Positions 38,618-47,842 of a stretch of 64,000 bases of DNA are shown piece by piece. The DNA lies in assembly GCA_045649185.1 (NCBI GenBank), contig JAZRPM010000008.1, forward strand, positions 7,856 to 71,855. The letters are read 5' to 3'. The notes under the pieces were generated by a model. The model saw only the letters and a program-made list of their open reading frames with translations, was not told the origin of the DNA and ran no database searches. A program made the translations under genes and the position numbers. Origin of the DNA: Candidatus Ornithomonoglobus sp. (lineage in GTDB: Bacteria > Bacillota > Clostridia > UBA1381). The number at the start of each line of letters is the position of its first letter. The stretch's first letter is position 1.

Positions 38618-39177
38618 CAATATTTGTTCTTCTTTGCGTCTATTTTAACACCGACGGGAGCCATACAGAAAATGCTCGGGCAAAGTCTCTCGAACGGACA
38701 ATCCATACCGAAAGCTGCACCGCCTATGTAGTCAACAACACGGCGTGCTTCGTTATCTGTCGCAATTCCCGAAACATCAATAAGGGTAATCTTATTGCCC
38801 TTTACCTCACGTATGATTCTTGTCGCATCATCAAGTGATGTCGGGTAATGAACCGTTACCTCAACTCCGGCAAGACTTGAACGAGTCGGGGCAGGCGCAA
38901 CAGCCGGCTTTGAAGCATAGCTTGAGCTGTATCTCTCTCTGGGCATAGCACTGCGTGAATATGAAGATGAATAACTGCGTGCCGGTGCCGGCTCGCTCTC
39001 ATAGCTTTCTTCATAATCCGCTTCTTTTTCTTCGCGCTTGCCTAAGAATGAGAAGAACGACTTTTTAGGTTCTTCATCCTCTTCCTCGTAATCCTCATAC
39101 TCCTCATCGTAACGGTCTTCATAATCATCAGCTGACTTTGAGCCGAACGCACGTCTTGCATTGTCTAAAAATGACAT
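38617..39177 (-). CDS. sepF: cell division protein SepF
   Basis: Acidic, low-complexity N-terminal half and a conserved C-terminal SepF domain (EVTVHYPTSLDDATRIIREVKGNKITLIDV...RRVVDYIGGAAF). Confidence 0.9.
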   Translation of the reverse strand: MSFLDNARRAFGSKSADDYEDRYDEEYEDYEEEDEEPKKSFFSFLGKREEKEADYEESYESEPAPARSYSSSYSRSAMPRERYSSSYASKPAVAPAPTRSSLAGVEVTVHYPTSLDDATRIIREVKGNKITLIDVSGIATDNEARRVVDYIGGAAFGMDCPFERLCPSIFCMAPVGVKIDAKKNKY

Positions 39178-39194
39178 ACATACACTTCCCTTCG

Positions 39195-39881
39195 TTAATT
39201 ATAATTTCTTGGTCCGAATATCAGACTGCCCACACGAACCATGGTCGCACCGTACTTAACAGCAGTTTCAAAATCACCGCTCATGCCCATTGAAAGCTCG
39301 CACATACTGACATTCTTGTAGTTTTCATTCGCAGTCTTGTCAAAAAGCTCTTTCATATTTTTAAAATGCTCTGAGACATCTCCGAATTCCGTTTTTGGTG
39401 CGATTGTCATAAGTCCTTTAACATGCGTATGGTTAAGGTTTTCGGCGTATTGAAGAAGTGTCGGAAGCTCGTCGGGAGAAACCCCTGATTTCGACTCCTC
39501 GCCCGAAATATTAACCTGAATAAGAATGTCAATATGACAATCGTGAACTGATGCAAGTCTTTCAATTTCCTGCATCAGCTTTATTGAATCAACGCTGTGA
39601 ATCATACAACAGCGGTCAATAACATATTTAACTTTGTTGGTCTGCAAATGTCCGATAAGATGCCAGTTGACAGGCAGTACGTTATCAAACTTATCCCGTA
39701 CCTCCTGCGGTTTGTTCTCGCCTATATCCGTAACACCCAATCGGATTGCTTCGTTCATAGCATCTGTCGGATACGTTTTTGTAACGGCTATAAGCTTAAT
39801 TTCCTCGGGTTTTCTGCCACATTCTTCTGCCGCAGTCCTGATTCGTGCCATCACATCGTTTAATCTGTTTTCAAGACTCAA
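39195..39881 (-). CDS. YggS family pyridoxal-phosphate-dependent protein (YlmE)
   Basis: LIAVTKT (PLP lysine), IGENKPQE, WHLIGHLQTNK and MGMSGDF. TTG 39881 after GGGGAG gives the usual N-terminus; the ORF opens at GTG 39917. Confidence 0.9.
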   Translation of the reverse strand: MSLENRLNDVMARIRTAAEECGRKPEEIKLIAVTKTYPTDAMNEAIRLGVTDIGENKPQEVRDKFDNVLPVNWHLIGHLQTNKVKYVIDRCCMIHSVDSIKLMQEIERLASVHDCHIDILIQVNISGEESKSGVSPDELPTLLQYAENLNHTHVKGLMTIAPKTEFGDVSEHFKNMKELFDKTANENYKNVSMCELSMGMSGDFETAVKYGATMVRVGSLIFGPRNYN

Positions 39882-39906
39882 ATGAACTCCCCAACCTTTC
39901 TTTTTA

Positions 39907-41100
39907 TCAGCGTTCACCTACAATTATTCTGTCCATTGCACCAATGTTGTTCTCGGCGTTCTCCGATGCACTGATGATAGAAAATCCCTGGTCTGTATCC
40001 GAATAAAGGACATCAATATCGCATTTATACGAATCCGAGCCTTTTCGTGCATAAACGAAATAGTCGTTGATTTCGGTTCCTGTATGGATTGAATCAGTAG
40101 GAACTTTGTATCCTGAATATTCTTTGAAAATTATTTTAGCACTTACTGTTCTGTATGAGAAAGCACTTTCCAGATATGTGCTTACTTTTATCATAAACAC
40201 GCAGTCACCGTTGGCGTCTGCCTTGCCCAGATAGAAAAGCTCACCCTTTACATCGGTTTCGGTAAGGTTTGTAAAGCTTACGGTTATATTCGGATTTTCC
40301 GTAAGAAGCTTTGCGTTGTCGCTGTTTGCGATACCCATAATGTACCAGACGTGGTTATTCATAACCTTGCACACGGGTGTGCCCGAAACGATTGTTTTAC
40401 CGTTTAAGTATTCGCTCGTTCTCGGTTCAAGTGCATTAAGATATGTTGTTGTAAATTTTTCTGCTTTATCTGCTGTAAGCACGGTTTCAAGTCCGTCTAC
40501 ATACGATGAAAATATTCCCGAACGGTCGGAGACGATGTCAGTACCTTTTGCGGTAATAGACCGTTCAATCTGTTTACGCTCGACATTAAGTGCCTCGATT
40601 TTGGCTGTTTTTGAGGAAGCAGTGCCCTTGCGTGCACTGTTAATATCCTTTTTTGTCTCGCTGACTTCTTCAATATTATTGTCTCTGCCGTCTTCTATCA
40701 CGGTTTCCATTTCGGACGCAATCTGGCTCTCCGCTGAGTCAGAATCCTTTTTATAGAGGTCGCTGTCGTGTCCATTGGAGGATAGACGAGCTATAGTTGC
40801 ATCAATGGTGCTGAGCTGTTTAAGAGTATCGGTATTGATATTTCCGTTATATACAGTGCTTATAACCTCGTCCTGTGCAACTCTGTTACCGTCTGTTGCG
40901 ACGTTGTGAACAACACCGTCTGACTCTGAATAATAAACTGTTTCATCACGCACAATGAATGCGTTATCACATACAAAGCTAACACTGTGCGTATAACGTG
41001 ACAGCTCTGTGGAGTTAACCGGCATAACAAAATATGCAACACCGTATGCGATTGCAGTAAGCAGAACAAGTGCAATGACTGCTACAAAAAACTTTTTCAT
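39907..41100 (-). CDS. HlyD-like membrane-anchored protein (barrel-sandwich/coiled-coil architecture), function unknown
   Basis: N-terminal TM, a central coiled-coil-like Ser/Lys-rich region and beta-rich flanks. The family call is tentative. Confidence 0.5.
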   Translation of the reverse strand: MKKFFVAVIALVLLTAIAYGVAYFVMPVNSTELSRYTHSVSFVCDNAFIVRDETVYYSESDGVVHNVATDGNRVAQDEVISTVYNGNINTDTLKQLSTIDATIARLSSNGHDSDLYKKDSDSAESQIASEMETVIEDGRDNNIEEVSETKKDINSARKGTASSKTAKIEALNVERKQIERSITAKGTDIVSDRSGIFSSYVDGLETVLTADKAEKFTTTYLNALEPRTSEYLNGKTIVSGTPVCKVMNNHVWYIMGIANSDNAKLLTENPNITVSFTNLTETDVKGELFYLGKADANGDCVFMIKVSTYLESAFSYRTVSAKIIFKEYSGYKVPTDSIHTGTEINDYFVYARKGSDSYKCDIDVLYSDTDQGFSIISASENAENNIGAMDRIIVGER

Positions 41101-41218
41101 TCTAAACCTTTCAAAAAAACATAAAGTCCTGTTTCTTCTGTGTATACTTATATAATTATATTATATAATGTTTTGCGTTAAAAAACAAGTCTTTTTTGTT
41201 GTTTTTTGACGGAAATTT

Positions 41219-42253
41219 TCATATTATGTGATTTGAAAGATATACAATCGAGTTTGCGGCACGGAAATACTTCCCCAAAGAGTCGAGCATGGCTCTGCCC
41301 TTATATTGACGACGCATTGCATGAACAAGAAACCGAAGCTTGCGTGAAGCTTTATATGAGCAAAGAACACATTGGCACAGCTCATCAAAAGTATATACCT
41401 TATAGGGGTCTATATCGCACATAAGTGCCGCAGCTTCAACGCCTGAAACGATGTCTTTTCCGTAGGTGAAAATAGCACTGTCAAATGAATCACGGGTAAT
41501 TGCGTAGTAATCACCACTGTATCTGCCGAATACACGCATACATTCGTAATACCCGTTCCGGATACTTTTTGCAATTGCGCTCTTGTCAAATTCCATTAAA
41601 CCGACTTCGGGTGTACGGCAGTTTATATTTATAATATTGACACCGCATTGGTCAATGCTTTTTATCATACCCACGCCCTTTACCGAAACGGAAATAATGG
41701 TATCATATCCACGGTCTATAAGCATATTAACGGGAAGATTGTTACGCATAGCACCGTCGGAATATTCCACGCCGTCGATTTTTGCAGGTTTAAACATCGG
41801 AAAACATGCGCTTGCGAAGATATAATCGAGAAGTTTCCCGTCGGGAATATCCTCAATAAACAGCTCTTCGCTTTTTTTGGTATCGGTTCTGTAGGTACAA
41901 AGACCGTAGTCGATTCCGCTTTCGCGTACACAGCTTTCGTCTATATGCCGTGCGAGAAACTCCTTGAATGCCGAGGCATCAATACCGCCTGAGGTGAGGT
42001 CCTTAACCGCACCGAAAAGCGACATCGGAGAGAACAGATTATTGCCCTTTATCTCTGCAATATCGGATGCACGTATGTTAAGCCACAACTCATCAGCATC
42101 AAGTCCCGACGCAAAAACAGCACCGTTTACCGCACCTATGGATGTTCCCGTTATCGCTTCGATTTCTATTCCGAGCTCGTTTAGTGCATGCCACACCCCG
42201 ACTTCAAAAGCACCTCTTGTACCGCCACCGCCAAGAGCCAATGCGTATTTCAT
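41219..42253 (-). CDS. patatin-like phospholipase
   Basis: Oxyanion GGGTRG, nucleophile elbow GTSIGA, and a catalytic Asp region (YSDGAM). Confidence 0.9.
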   Translation of the reverse strand: MKYALALGGGGTRGAFEVGVWHALNELGIEIEAITGTSIGAVNGAVFASGLDADELWLNIRASDIAEIKGNNLFSPMSLFGAVKDLTSGGIDASAFKEFLARHIDESCVRESGIDYGLCTYRTDTKKSEELFIEDIPDGKLLDYIFASACFPMFKPAKIDGVEYSDGAMRNNLPVNMLIDRGYDTIISVSVKGVGMIKSIDQCGVNIININCRTPEVGLMEFDKSAIAKSIRNGYYECMRVFGRYSGDYYAITRDSFDSAIFTYGKDIVSGVEAAALMCDIDPYKVYTFDELCQCVLCSYKASRKLRFLVHAMRRQYKGRAMLDSLGKYFRAANSIVYLSNHII

Positions 42254-42290
42254 AACACAATCATTCCTTTCTTATTGAAATAGTATATGT

Positions 42291-42331
42291 AAAAAACACA
42301 GGATGTTGCAGAAAATGCAACATCCTGTTTC
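42291..42331 (-). terminator. intrinsic terminator after the C69 dipeptidase gene
   Basis: 13-bp stem ACAGGATGTTGCA / TGCAACATCCTGT. A T-run (GTTTTTT) follows on the minus strand. Confidence 0.75.
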
Positions 42332-42334
42332 TTG

Positions 42335-43873
42335 TTAGTTTGTAATTATTGTAGGACCTGACACGGAATAAGCCGGAACTGCCTCAATTTCGGGCTTGAG
42401 CTGAAGCTCGAACTGCAGCTTGTTGCCTTTCGTTTCGTCCTCACCCTCATAAAGAGCAATGAACTTTATCAGCTCCTTATAGAGTGCCTTTGATTTATTA
42501 AAACCGTCGTATGCCACATTTTTGCACAGGACATTAGCCGTATGCGTTTTGGCTATGGATTTTTCCATTTTAGCATCAAGCACGGACATATTTTCAATCA
42601 GTGCGTTTTCATAGTCACTGTAGAATGTCTTAATTTTATTGCCGTAAAGTGTACGGTTTGTTGCACAGAGGGTAGAAAGAGAACGGTTTGCCCAGTACAT
42701 TGAATATTCGCTGTAGTCAGGTGCATCAAGCGTACAAATCACCGGCGTTTCGGTTATTGCCGAGGCATAGTACGGAAGATACGGTGCAAACTCGGCATTT
42801 CCGAGACACAGCCACATCACGCATGCTGTTTCCTGCGGTAAATTGGGACGTATTTGCAGGATATGACATTCCTCCTGACGTGCCGTTGCAATTGCTCGTA
42901 TGTATTTATTGCCCGGTATATCAAGACAGTATTTTGTGTTTTCGTACCGTGTACGGGTAACGTCCATAACCTCTTTAACCGTGATTTTCTTTGACGGCTT
43001 AAACAGAAGTTTGTGTTCGGTTTTATAAGGGTCTGCTCCGACCGAACCGTGAAGCAAACGCTGTCCGCCCCAGATTCGGATTGAGTTCGAATCTTTTTCT
43101 GTCTCCGAATATGTCTTGCGAAGATTGATTTTGCCGTTGTTTTCTACGAGGAATCTGTTAGATTTTGCAAGATTAACGAGATTTTCCGAAACAATAACAT
43201 CGGGTGACTCCACATCAATTTCGCCAAGCATATACGCATTGGGGATAACTGCCGCCATATCATCGGGCAATTTAATTGCCGCATACTGATGCCCTGTGTA
43301 TATTTCCATGTACCAAGCCTCGTTTTCGTCGGCGGTCATGATTATATTTCCCTCGCCCGAACCGTATTTATCGACGATTTCCGCAACTATCTCTATGCCG
43401 TGTCTTGCAGATGTTGCACGTGAGAGGATTATGTCGTTTGCTGAAAGCTCGTGTAAGCCGGTTTCAACGAACGGATCGGCAGTTATTGCCTTTTCGTTGG
43501 GATATGCCGTAATTGTCGAGGTTGCCGCAACACCAAGTTCATTGAATCCTGCCGCACCGTACGGCGTGCTTCCGATACCACGGTGTTTTGATGCAGGTGT
43601 TGCACTGTATCGGTAAGTGTGCTCGGGATACGGCACACTCAAACCGTATGCATCAGTATAGCACTCGCCAGACTCGTGATCCGCCGCAGGATGAACAATA
43701 AACCGCTTGCTGTTTGCACTTGCAATGTCCTCGGTTCTTGCAATCATAACAGAGCCGTCTGCGGAAACATCTTTTCCGACATATACACCCGTGCAGGCAT
43801 AAGCGGAAGATGTTGCCAGTATAACTGTGCCCAACGCAACAGATACTATTTTTGTTAATATATTAAACTTCAT
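42335..43873 (-). CDS. C69 family dipeptidase (secreted)
   Basis: Signal peptide ending at AYAC, then TGVYVGKDVSADGS, the N-terminal nucleophile Cys context typical of peptidase C69. 512 aa. Confidence 0.85.
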   Translation of the reverse strand: MKFNILTKIVSVALGTVILATSSAYACTGVYVGKDVSADGSVMIARTEDIASANSKRFIVHPAADHESGECYTDAYGLSVPYPEHTYRYSATPASKHRGIGSTPYGAAGFNELGVAATSTITAYPNEKAITADPFVETGLHELSANDIILSRATSARHGIEIVAEIVDKYGSGEGNIIMTADENEAWYMEIYTGHQYAAIKLPDDMAAVIPNAYMLGEIDVESPDVIVSENLVNLAKSNRFLVENNGKINLRKTYSETEKDSNSIRIWGGQRLLHGSVGADPYKTEHKLLFKPSKKITVKEVMDVTRTRYENTKYCLDIPGNKYIRAIATARQEECHILQIRPNLPQETACVMWLCLGNAEFAPYLPYYASAITETPVICTLDAPDYSEYSMYWANRSLSTLCATNRTLYGNKIKTFYSDYENALIENMSVLDAKMEKSIAKTHTANVLCKNVAYDGFNKSKALYKELIKFIALYEGEDETKGNKLQFELQLKPEIEAVPAYSVSGPTIITN

Positions 43874-44001
43874 AATAAGTAAAACCTTTCATATTGTATA
43901 CTAAAATAATACAATATATTTATGCATTTGTCAAGGAAACGAGCACACAAAAAGGCGAAATTGTATAAAACCGACAAAAGTAAAAAATTTTGAAAAAAGT
44001 G

Positions 44002-44030
44002 TTGACAAATGAGAAATATTATGGTATCAT
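44002..44030 (+). promoter_or_regulatory. sigmaA-type promoter for tRNA-Lys
   Basis: TTGACA (44002-07), 17 nt, then TGG-TATCAT (extended -10). Confidence 0.55.
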
Positions 44031-44065
44031 ATAATTCGTGTTGAGAACACAACAACAAAATATAT

Positions 44066-44141
44066 GCGTGATTAGCTCAGTTGGTAGAGCACCTGACTCT
44101 TAATCAGGGTGTCCAGGGTTCGAGCCCCTGATCGCGTACCA
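44066..44141 (+). tRNA. tRNA-Lys (anticodon CUU), CCA encoded
   Basis: Cloverleaf read by hand: D stem GCTC/GAGC, anticodon stem CCTGA/TCAGG with loop CTCTTAA, T arm CAGGG-TTCGAGC-CCCTG. The acceptor GCGTGAT/ATCGCGT has two G-U pairs. 3' ACCA. Confidence 0.9.
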
Positions 44142-44143
44142 GA

Positions 44144-44168
44144 AACCATCCGAAAGGATGGTTTTTTG
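44144..44168 (+). terminator. intrinsic terminator after tRNA-Lys
   Basis: AACCATCC-GAAA-GGATGGTT followed by TTTTT. Confidence 0.8.
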
Positions 44169-44253
44169 ATTTATAGTAAAAAGGTGCGAAACCAACGGAG
44201 CTGCGAAGTTGGTCGCTGAACACTTGACCGCGTCCGGTGGACGAAGAAGGGAA

Positions 44254-44293
44254 ACCTGATTCTTAATCAGGGTGGCTAGCGTAGAACCCCTCC
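44254..44293 (+). pseudogene. tRNA-Lys-derived fragment (anticodon arm plus degenerate T arm)
   Basis: ACCTGATTCTTAATCAGGGTG (44254-74) matches ACCTGACTCTTAATCAGGGTG of the intact tRNA (44091-111) at 20 of 21 positions. The following sequence only loosely resembles the T arm, and there is no D arm or acceptor stem. Confidence 0.45.
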
Positions 44294-44295
44294 TC

Positions 44296-44324
44296 TTGAT
44301 TTTTCTATAAACATATGATATAAT
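44296..44324 (+). promoter_or_regulatory. sigmaA-type promoter for the lipoprotein gene
   Basis: TTGATT (44296-301), 17 nt, TATAAT (44319-24). Confidence 0.55.
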
Positions 44325-44370
44325 ACCCGTGTCGGGACACACCGACAATAAAAACAAAGGAGAATTTAAA

Positions 44371-44982
44371 ATGAAAAAAAGGATTTTATCACTGGTATTG
44401 GTATTGGGACTTGTATTTTCAATGACGGGGTGCGGTAGCGACATCGGAAAAGCAGAATCTGCTGTAAAGGGAATGTTCAGTGCACTCAAGGATGTTGATT
44501 TTGAAAAGGCCGGAAAATATGCAAATATTGACGATTTTGGATCAATGGGAGACTCTGAGCTCACAGAGAACATAGAAGTAGTAATGGAGACGATTTTAGA
44601 CAAGCTGGACTATAAAATAATCTCATCAGAGCAGACAGACGAGAACACAGTAATTGTAAAGACAGAAGTTACAACAACAGATATGAAGCCTGTTGTAACA
44701 GACTTTTTCACAGAGGCATTCACTTATGCTTTGTCTATTGCATTTAAGAATCCGCAACCGACAGAAGAAGAAACCAACAAGAAGATGGAAGAAATTCTGG
44801 TTGAATGTGCATCAAAGCCCGATCTTGAAACAGTTACAAACGAAATTGATATAAAGGTCGCTAAAGATGAAAACGGAGAATGGAAAGTAGATGCTGATGA
44901 AACTGTGGTAGATACGTTGCTCGGCGGATTCGTAAGTGCTGCAAAGCAAATGAGCGATTCATTGGGCGGAAGCGAAGAATAA
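44371..44982 (+). CDS. putative lipoprotein, unknown function
   Basis: MKKRILSLVLVLGLVFSMTGC lipobox. RBS AAAGGAGA precedes ATG 44371; the ORF opens at GTG 44329. Confidence 0.7.
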   Translation: MKKRILSLVLVLGLVFSMTGCGSDIGKAESAVKGMFSALKDVDFEKAGKYANIDDFGSMGDSELTENIEVVMETILDKLDYKIISSEQTDENTVIVKTEVTTTDMKPVVTDFFTEAFTYALSIAFKNPQPTEEETNKKMEEILVECASKPDLETVTNEIDIKVAKDENGEWKVDADETVVDTLLGGFVSAAKQMSDSLGGSEE

Positions 44983-44984
44983 CT

Positions 44985-45019
44985 AAAAAATGCTCACTGT
45001 AAAGTGAGCATTTTTTTAG
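44985..45019. terminator. bidirectional intrinsic terminator between the lipoprotein gene and the pot operon
   Basis: AATGCTCACT-GTAA-AGTGAGCATT flanked by an A-run and a T-run. Confidence 0.8.
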
Positions 45020-46950
45020 TTTATCTTGAATGTTTCCCAAAGCGTGTTGATATAATCAAGTGTTTCGGGTTTTAAGTTGTGGTATGCGTTTTTGTTATAC
45101 TCTTTAGCAAAGCCACCGCTCTTGCCGTAAAGAATATCCATTGCCTTTTCGCCCATTTCTTCTATATATGCATCGTTCTCATAAACGAGCTTGTTGGGTG
45201 ATGCATAATACGTATATTCTGCATTGGCAACCGCAGGTTCTTCGGAGAGCATATAGTTAATGAAAATTTCTGCAAGCTCCTTGTTTTCACAACAGGTCGG
45301 AATACACATTGCGTCTATATAATAGTTTGTGCGTTCGGGGTAGTAGAACTCCAGGTCCACATTCTCTGCCTGTGCGTCTACCATTGTGAAATAATCACCT
45401 GCGTAATATGCTCCAATTGCCGCCTCGCCCGATTCCATCATATTATAGATTTCATCCATTACAAGGCTGTAAACAAGCGGACGCTGTTTCATAAGCTCTT
45501 TATGTGCCTTATCCCACACTTTTTCATCCTCGGAATTAACATCAAGTCCGAGCTTATACATAGCCATTCCGAACGCATCCCGTGAGTTATTAAACTGTAA
45601 AATCTTGTTTGAATATTTTTCGTTCCATAACAAGTCCCAGTCACCCGTATCGGATTTATCAACCTCGTTTGCGTTATAGATAACACCTATTATTCCGTAT
45701 GCATAAGGTACGGTATATTGGTTTTCGGGGTCATAGTAAAGCCCACGGAACTCGTTGTCTATATACTTATAGTTCGGGATATTTTCAAAATCAAGCGGTA
45801 AAAGAAGATTTTCATCCTTCATACGTGCAATCATATAGTCAGACGGGATAATTACGTCATAGCTGACCGCACCGCTTGAAATTTTGCTGTACATATCCTC
45901 GTTTGATGCGAAAGTTGTATAATTGACAGTGACTTTCCTGCCGTATTCTTTCTCATACCATTTCTCAAATTCACGGACGGTATCAAATGTGCCCTCGCTG
46001 CCGTCGGAGATATATTCACCCCAGTTATAGACATTTAAAACAAGTGGTTTTTGCTTATTTAATCCCACAACAACGCCAACAACAAGAATAACAACAGCAA
46101 GAGCTCCCGCTGTAATTGCACCTATCGGCTTGCGGTTTGTGTTCTTGTTTTTGTTACGCAGTTTACGGTTATCGTCGTTGTCAATAAAGTTATTGACAAG
46201 AAGTAATGTAAGCGTTACAAAGAATATAATCGTTGCAAGTGCGTACATTTTTGGTGTAACCGTCTTTTTGGTCATACCGTAAATTCGTATAGGCAAGGTC
46301 TGGAAATCGTTGCCTGATGTAAAGTAACTGATTACGAAATCGTCAAGCGAGAGCGTGAACGCCATAATCGCACCAGTGATTATGCCGGGCATTATTTCGG
46401 GCAATGTTACCTTGAAAAATGCACGTAACGGCGTACAGCCCAGATCCTGTGCTGCCTCTGTCAGTGACGAATCCATCTGTGCAAGCTTCGGCAAAACCTG
46501 GAAAATCACATACGGCAGACAGAACGTAACGTGTGCAATAAGCAACGTCCAGAAATTAAGGCTCGTTGTCGCTCCAAACAGGCGTCCGACAAATACGAAC
46601 ACAAGCATCATTGAGATACCCGTTATAATATCGGGGTTTATCATCGGGATGTTTGTAACGGAGTTTAACACCGTTCTGTACCAGCGTTTGCGTATTTTAT
46701 GGATACCAAACGCCGCAGCAGTTCCCATCACTGTCGAAACTGCAGTTGCAGATAATGCAAGAATAAGTGTGTTCTTAACCGCCTCAAGCGTGTTGCGGTC
46801 GTTTATAAGCTCCTTGTACCATTTAAGCGAGAAGCTTGAAAATACTGACAAGCTTTTTGCATCGTTAAATGAGAACAAAAGCAGTATTGCAATGGGAGCA
46901 AACAGAAACGCCATTATTATACCTGTATAGATTTTTGATGACATCTTCAT
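45016..46950 (-). CDS. spermidine/putrescine ABC transporter, fused permease (PotC-like) and substrate-binding (PotD-like) protein
   Basis: The N-terminal ~270 aa form a six-TM permease with the EAA loop (EAAQDLGCTPLRAFFKVTLP). A basic linker and an extra TM (IGAITAGALAVVILVVGVVVGL) follow, then a ~350-aa PotD-type binding domain (VLNVYNWGEYI...). Confidence 0.85.
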   Translation of the reverse strand: MKMSSKIYTGIIMAFLFAPIAILLLFSFNDAKSLSVFSSFSLKWYKELINDRNTLEAVKNTLILALSATAVSTVMGTAAAFGIHKIRKRWYRTVLNSVTNIPMINPDIITGISMMLVFVFVGRLFGATTSLNFWTLLIAHVTFCLPYVIFQVLPKLAQMDSSLTEAAQDLGCTPLRAFFKVTLPEIMPGIITGAIMAFTLSLDDFVISYFTSGNDFQTLPIRIYGMTKKTVTPKMYALATIIFFVTLTLLLVNNFIDNDDNRKLRNKNKNTNRKPIGAITAGALAVVILVVGVVVGLNKQKPLVLNVYNWGEYISDGSEGTFDTVREFEKWYEKEYGRKVTVNYTTFASNEDMYSKISSGAVSYDVIIPSDYMIARMKDENLLLPLDFENIPNYKYIDNEFRGLYYDPENQYTVPYAYGIIGVIYNANEVDKSDTGDWDLLWNEKYSNKILQFNNSRDAFGMAMYKLGLDVNSEDEKVWDKAHKELMKQRPLVYSLVMDEIYNMMESGEAAIGAYYAGDYFTMVDAQAENVDLEFYYPERTNYYIDAMCIPTCCENKELAEIFINYMLSEEPAVANAEYTYYASPNKLVYENDAYIEEMGEKAMDILYGKSGGFAKEYNKNAYHNLKPETLDYINTLWETFKIN

Positions 46951-46951
46951 A

Positions 46952-47842
46952 TTACTCACCCCCATATACCAGTCTGGCAGTAATATATTTTACTAACCCC
47001 ATAGCAACAAGCAAAATTACCATCAATATGAAAGCAATCGCCGCCGCAAAGTGGAGGTTGTTTGCGATATACTGTCCTTCAATCGCATCACCGATAAGGA
47101 AAAATTTACCGTTACCGAGCTTTTGCGAGATATAGAACGTACTGATTGACGGAATCAAAACCATAGTAATTCCCGAAATTACGCCCGGCAGACTCAGAGG
47201 GAAAATTACACGGCGTAAAACGCCGAAACCGTTACAACCAAGATCACGAGCCGCTTCAAGAAGTTTTAAATCCATCTTCGCCATAATCGAATATATCGGC
47301 AGTATCATATACGGGAAATAGTCATAAACCATTCCGATTATAACCGCCGTTTCCGTACCGATTATATGCATCGGTCTAATGCCGAAAAATCCCGTTATAC
47401 TGTTTAGAATACCCGTATCCTGCAGAATCGTCATCCACGCATATGTACGGATAAGGAAGTTCATCCACATCGGTATCATAATAAGCGTGACAAGCGTTTT
47501 TTGTGTCCGTTCCTTTGCACGTGCGATTATATACGCCATCGGATAACCTAAAAGAAGGCAGATAAGCGTCGAAATCGCCGCAAGCTTTAACGAACGCATA
47601 AATATAACAATATATGTGTGCACTTCACGCACTGTTCCGTCATCTGCCTTGAGGTCACTCGTTGCCGTAAAGAAACGTGTTATGTTTTCGGTTGTAAACC
47701 GGAAATTCTCGTCAGTAAACGCATAATATGCCACAAAAACAAGCGGTACGAGTATGAACAAAAGTGACCATACCGAATACGGTGCAAGTGCGAGCCCTGC
47801 AGTTCGGCTATGCTGTTTTTGCAAGGTTTTTTTCATTCTCAC
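46952..47842 (-). CDS. potB: spermidine/putrescine ABC transporter permease PotB
   Basis: Six-TM permease with the EAA motif ([21 protein letters not shown]). The start overlaps the potA stop (ATGA). Confidence 0.9.
   Translation of the reverse strand: MRMKKTLQKQHSRTAGLALAPYSVWSLLFILVPLVFVAYYAFTDENFRFTTENITRFFTATSDLKADDGTVREVHTYIVIFMRSLKLAAISTLICLLLGYPMAYIIARAKERTQKTLVTLIMIPMWMNFLIRTYAWMTILQDTGILNSITGFFGIRPMHIIGTETAVIIGMVYDYFPYMILPIYSIMAKMDLKLLEAARDLGCNGFGVLRRVIFPLSLPGVISGITMVLIPSISTFYISQKLGNGKFFLIGDAIEGQYIANNLHFAAAIAFILMVILLVAMGLVKYITARLVYGGE

Noticed and set aside
44170-44253. Possibility that the sequence upstream of the tRNA fragment is SRP RNA or another known small RNA (GUCCGGUGGACGAAGAAGGG vaguely resembles the SRP domain IV GGAAGGAAGCAGC region).
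   Set aside because: The conserved SRP helix-8 motifs are not matched and no long closing helix can be drawn. It is kept only as part of the tRNA-fragment finding.
44100-44603. 167-aa minus-strand ORF spanning the tRNA-Lys 3' end, its terminator and the lipoprotein gene start.
   Set aside because: It overlaps a tRNA gene and an opposite-strand lipoprotein gene that has a clear RBS and lipobox, so it is a shadow frame.
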